Shown here piece after piece: positions 63,131 to 64,000 of a stretch of DNA of 64,000 nucleotides. This stretch comes from Raillietiella orientalis. Lineage: Eukaryota. The stretch covers positions 2,232,001-2,296,000 of the forward strand of contig JAYWIR010000014.1 in the NCBI GenBank assembly GCA_036172245.1, in the 5' to 3' direction. The translations under genes were made by a program, and so were the position numbers. Position 1 is the stretch's first letter. Every line of letters begins with the position of its first letter. The notes beneath the pieces were generated by a model. That model was not told the origin of the DNA and made no database searches. It saw only the letters and a list, made by a program, of their open reading frames with translations.

Positions 63131-63263
63131 TACGTTGCGCAGGGCGACGGTCGCCTTCACGGTCCAGACGCACAACGTGCACGCACGTGATGCGTACTGA
63201 GAGCACGCGCGCGCGCGAGGACAAGAGCGGTGACGTCAACGTTCCTGAATAAATAAACACGTG
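63131..63263. promoter_or_regulatory. Cluster of ACGT-core motifs (G-box/CRE-like)
   Basis: CACGTG at 63184 and 63258, TGACGTCA at 63231, plus TACGTT, AACGTG and AACGTT within ~135 bp. No target gene identified. Confidence 0.3.
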
Positions 63264-64000
63264 ACCGGATTGCAGAATGCGCAAACACATCGAGTGTACA
63301 CAGTGTACTGTCAAACAGATCAAATAGCGTCGGCAACGGCGCGCCTAGAAATGCTGAGTATCGTGCATAAGCCGCGTGGTTCTGCGGGCGACAGGCATGA
63401 ATGTAGGCACCTCGTAATTAAAGCAGCAGTGATTTATGCAGCCAATAGTTCCGTTTTTCGCAGTGATATCCAATGCACTACATCAGAGGCAGAAAGATAG
63501 ATGGATCAGATATTTACGGGTCCTCTCTGCAGCACTTTTCTTTTCTTCTCAGTAATGCCTTTCAGATCGCACAGGGAACCATCATGTACACCACAGTTAC
63601 ATGGAGCTGAAGCCTCGGAAGCTGCAAGGGTAGACCAGAAGACTACTGTCCCTGCAGCGTTCGCAAACTTTCCGGTGAACTTAGTTCGTGAACCTCCCGT
63701 GCCTGCCCAATCATCCTTGCACCAAGATAACAAATACACGATTGCATATGATCATAAGTATGGACTTTCTGTTTGCATGCGATTGTTCTCATCGCTCATC
63801 TTTTCATTTTATGACTGCAGTAGCAGCAGAGAATCATTGCGTCATCCTTCACTCCCATTCTCTCGTCCCATAAACTTTTTAGTTGTCATAGCGATCCGAA
63901 CAATGATACCAGGTTCAAAACTGATTCATTTCAATTACGGAAATTACATTTCGCAGTGCCGCGTTTCCGCGACGCAAATCGCGACCGCTGCTTTTCTTTT

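Noticed and set aside
248..63873. The many 60-300 aa ORFs in the supplied track as real genes
   Set aside because: They overlap in all frames, are R/S/P/G-rich as expected for GC-rich non-coding DNA, and where motifs appear these jump between frames.

Overview
This is eukaryotic, repeat-dominated DNA, most likely from a plant or streptophyte (inferred from plant-type L1 ORF1/ORF2 motifs and Copia motifs). I could not support any intact protein-coding gene, rRNA, tRNA or CRISPR array. Most of the window is a nested set of roughly 20 heavily decayed fragments of L1/Tx1-like LINEs on both strands. They are recognisable only from motif remnants: DUF4283-like ORF1, APE endonuclease, reverse transcriptase and the C-terminal CxxC...H...C zf-RVT knuckle. 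Two decayed Ty1/Copia pol relics lie in AT-richer blocks (~6.8-8.3 kb and ~56-59.7 kb). Structures visible directly in the sequence are: (i) a ~750-bp repeat ('family A') in six copies with a tRNA-like A-box/B-box head, which repeatedly sits in sense orientation between LINE ORF1 knuckle and endonuclease relics; (ii) two pairs of near-identical inverted LINE 3' ends (4242-4979/40723-41459 and 33014-33536/43616-44139); (iii) shorter inverted repeats, a perfect 17-bp hairpin, a TA-rich palindrome and a 40-bp tandem repeat. All protein-family calls were made by eye on degenerate translations. Relic boundaries and percent identities are approximate.
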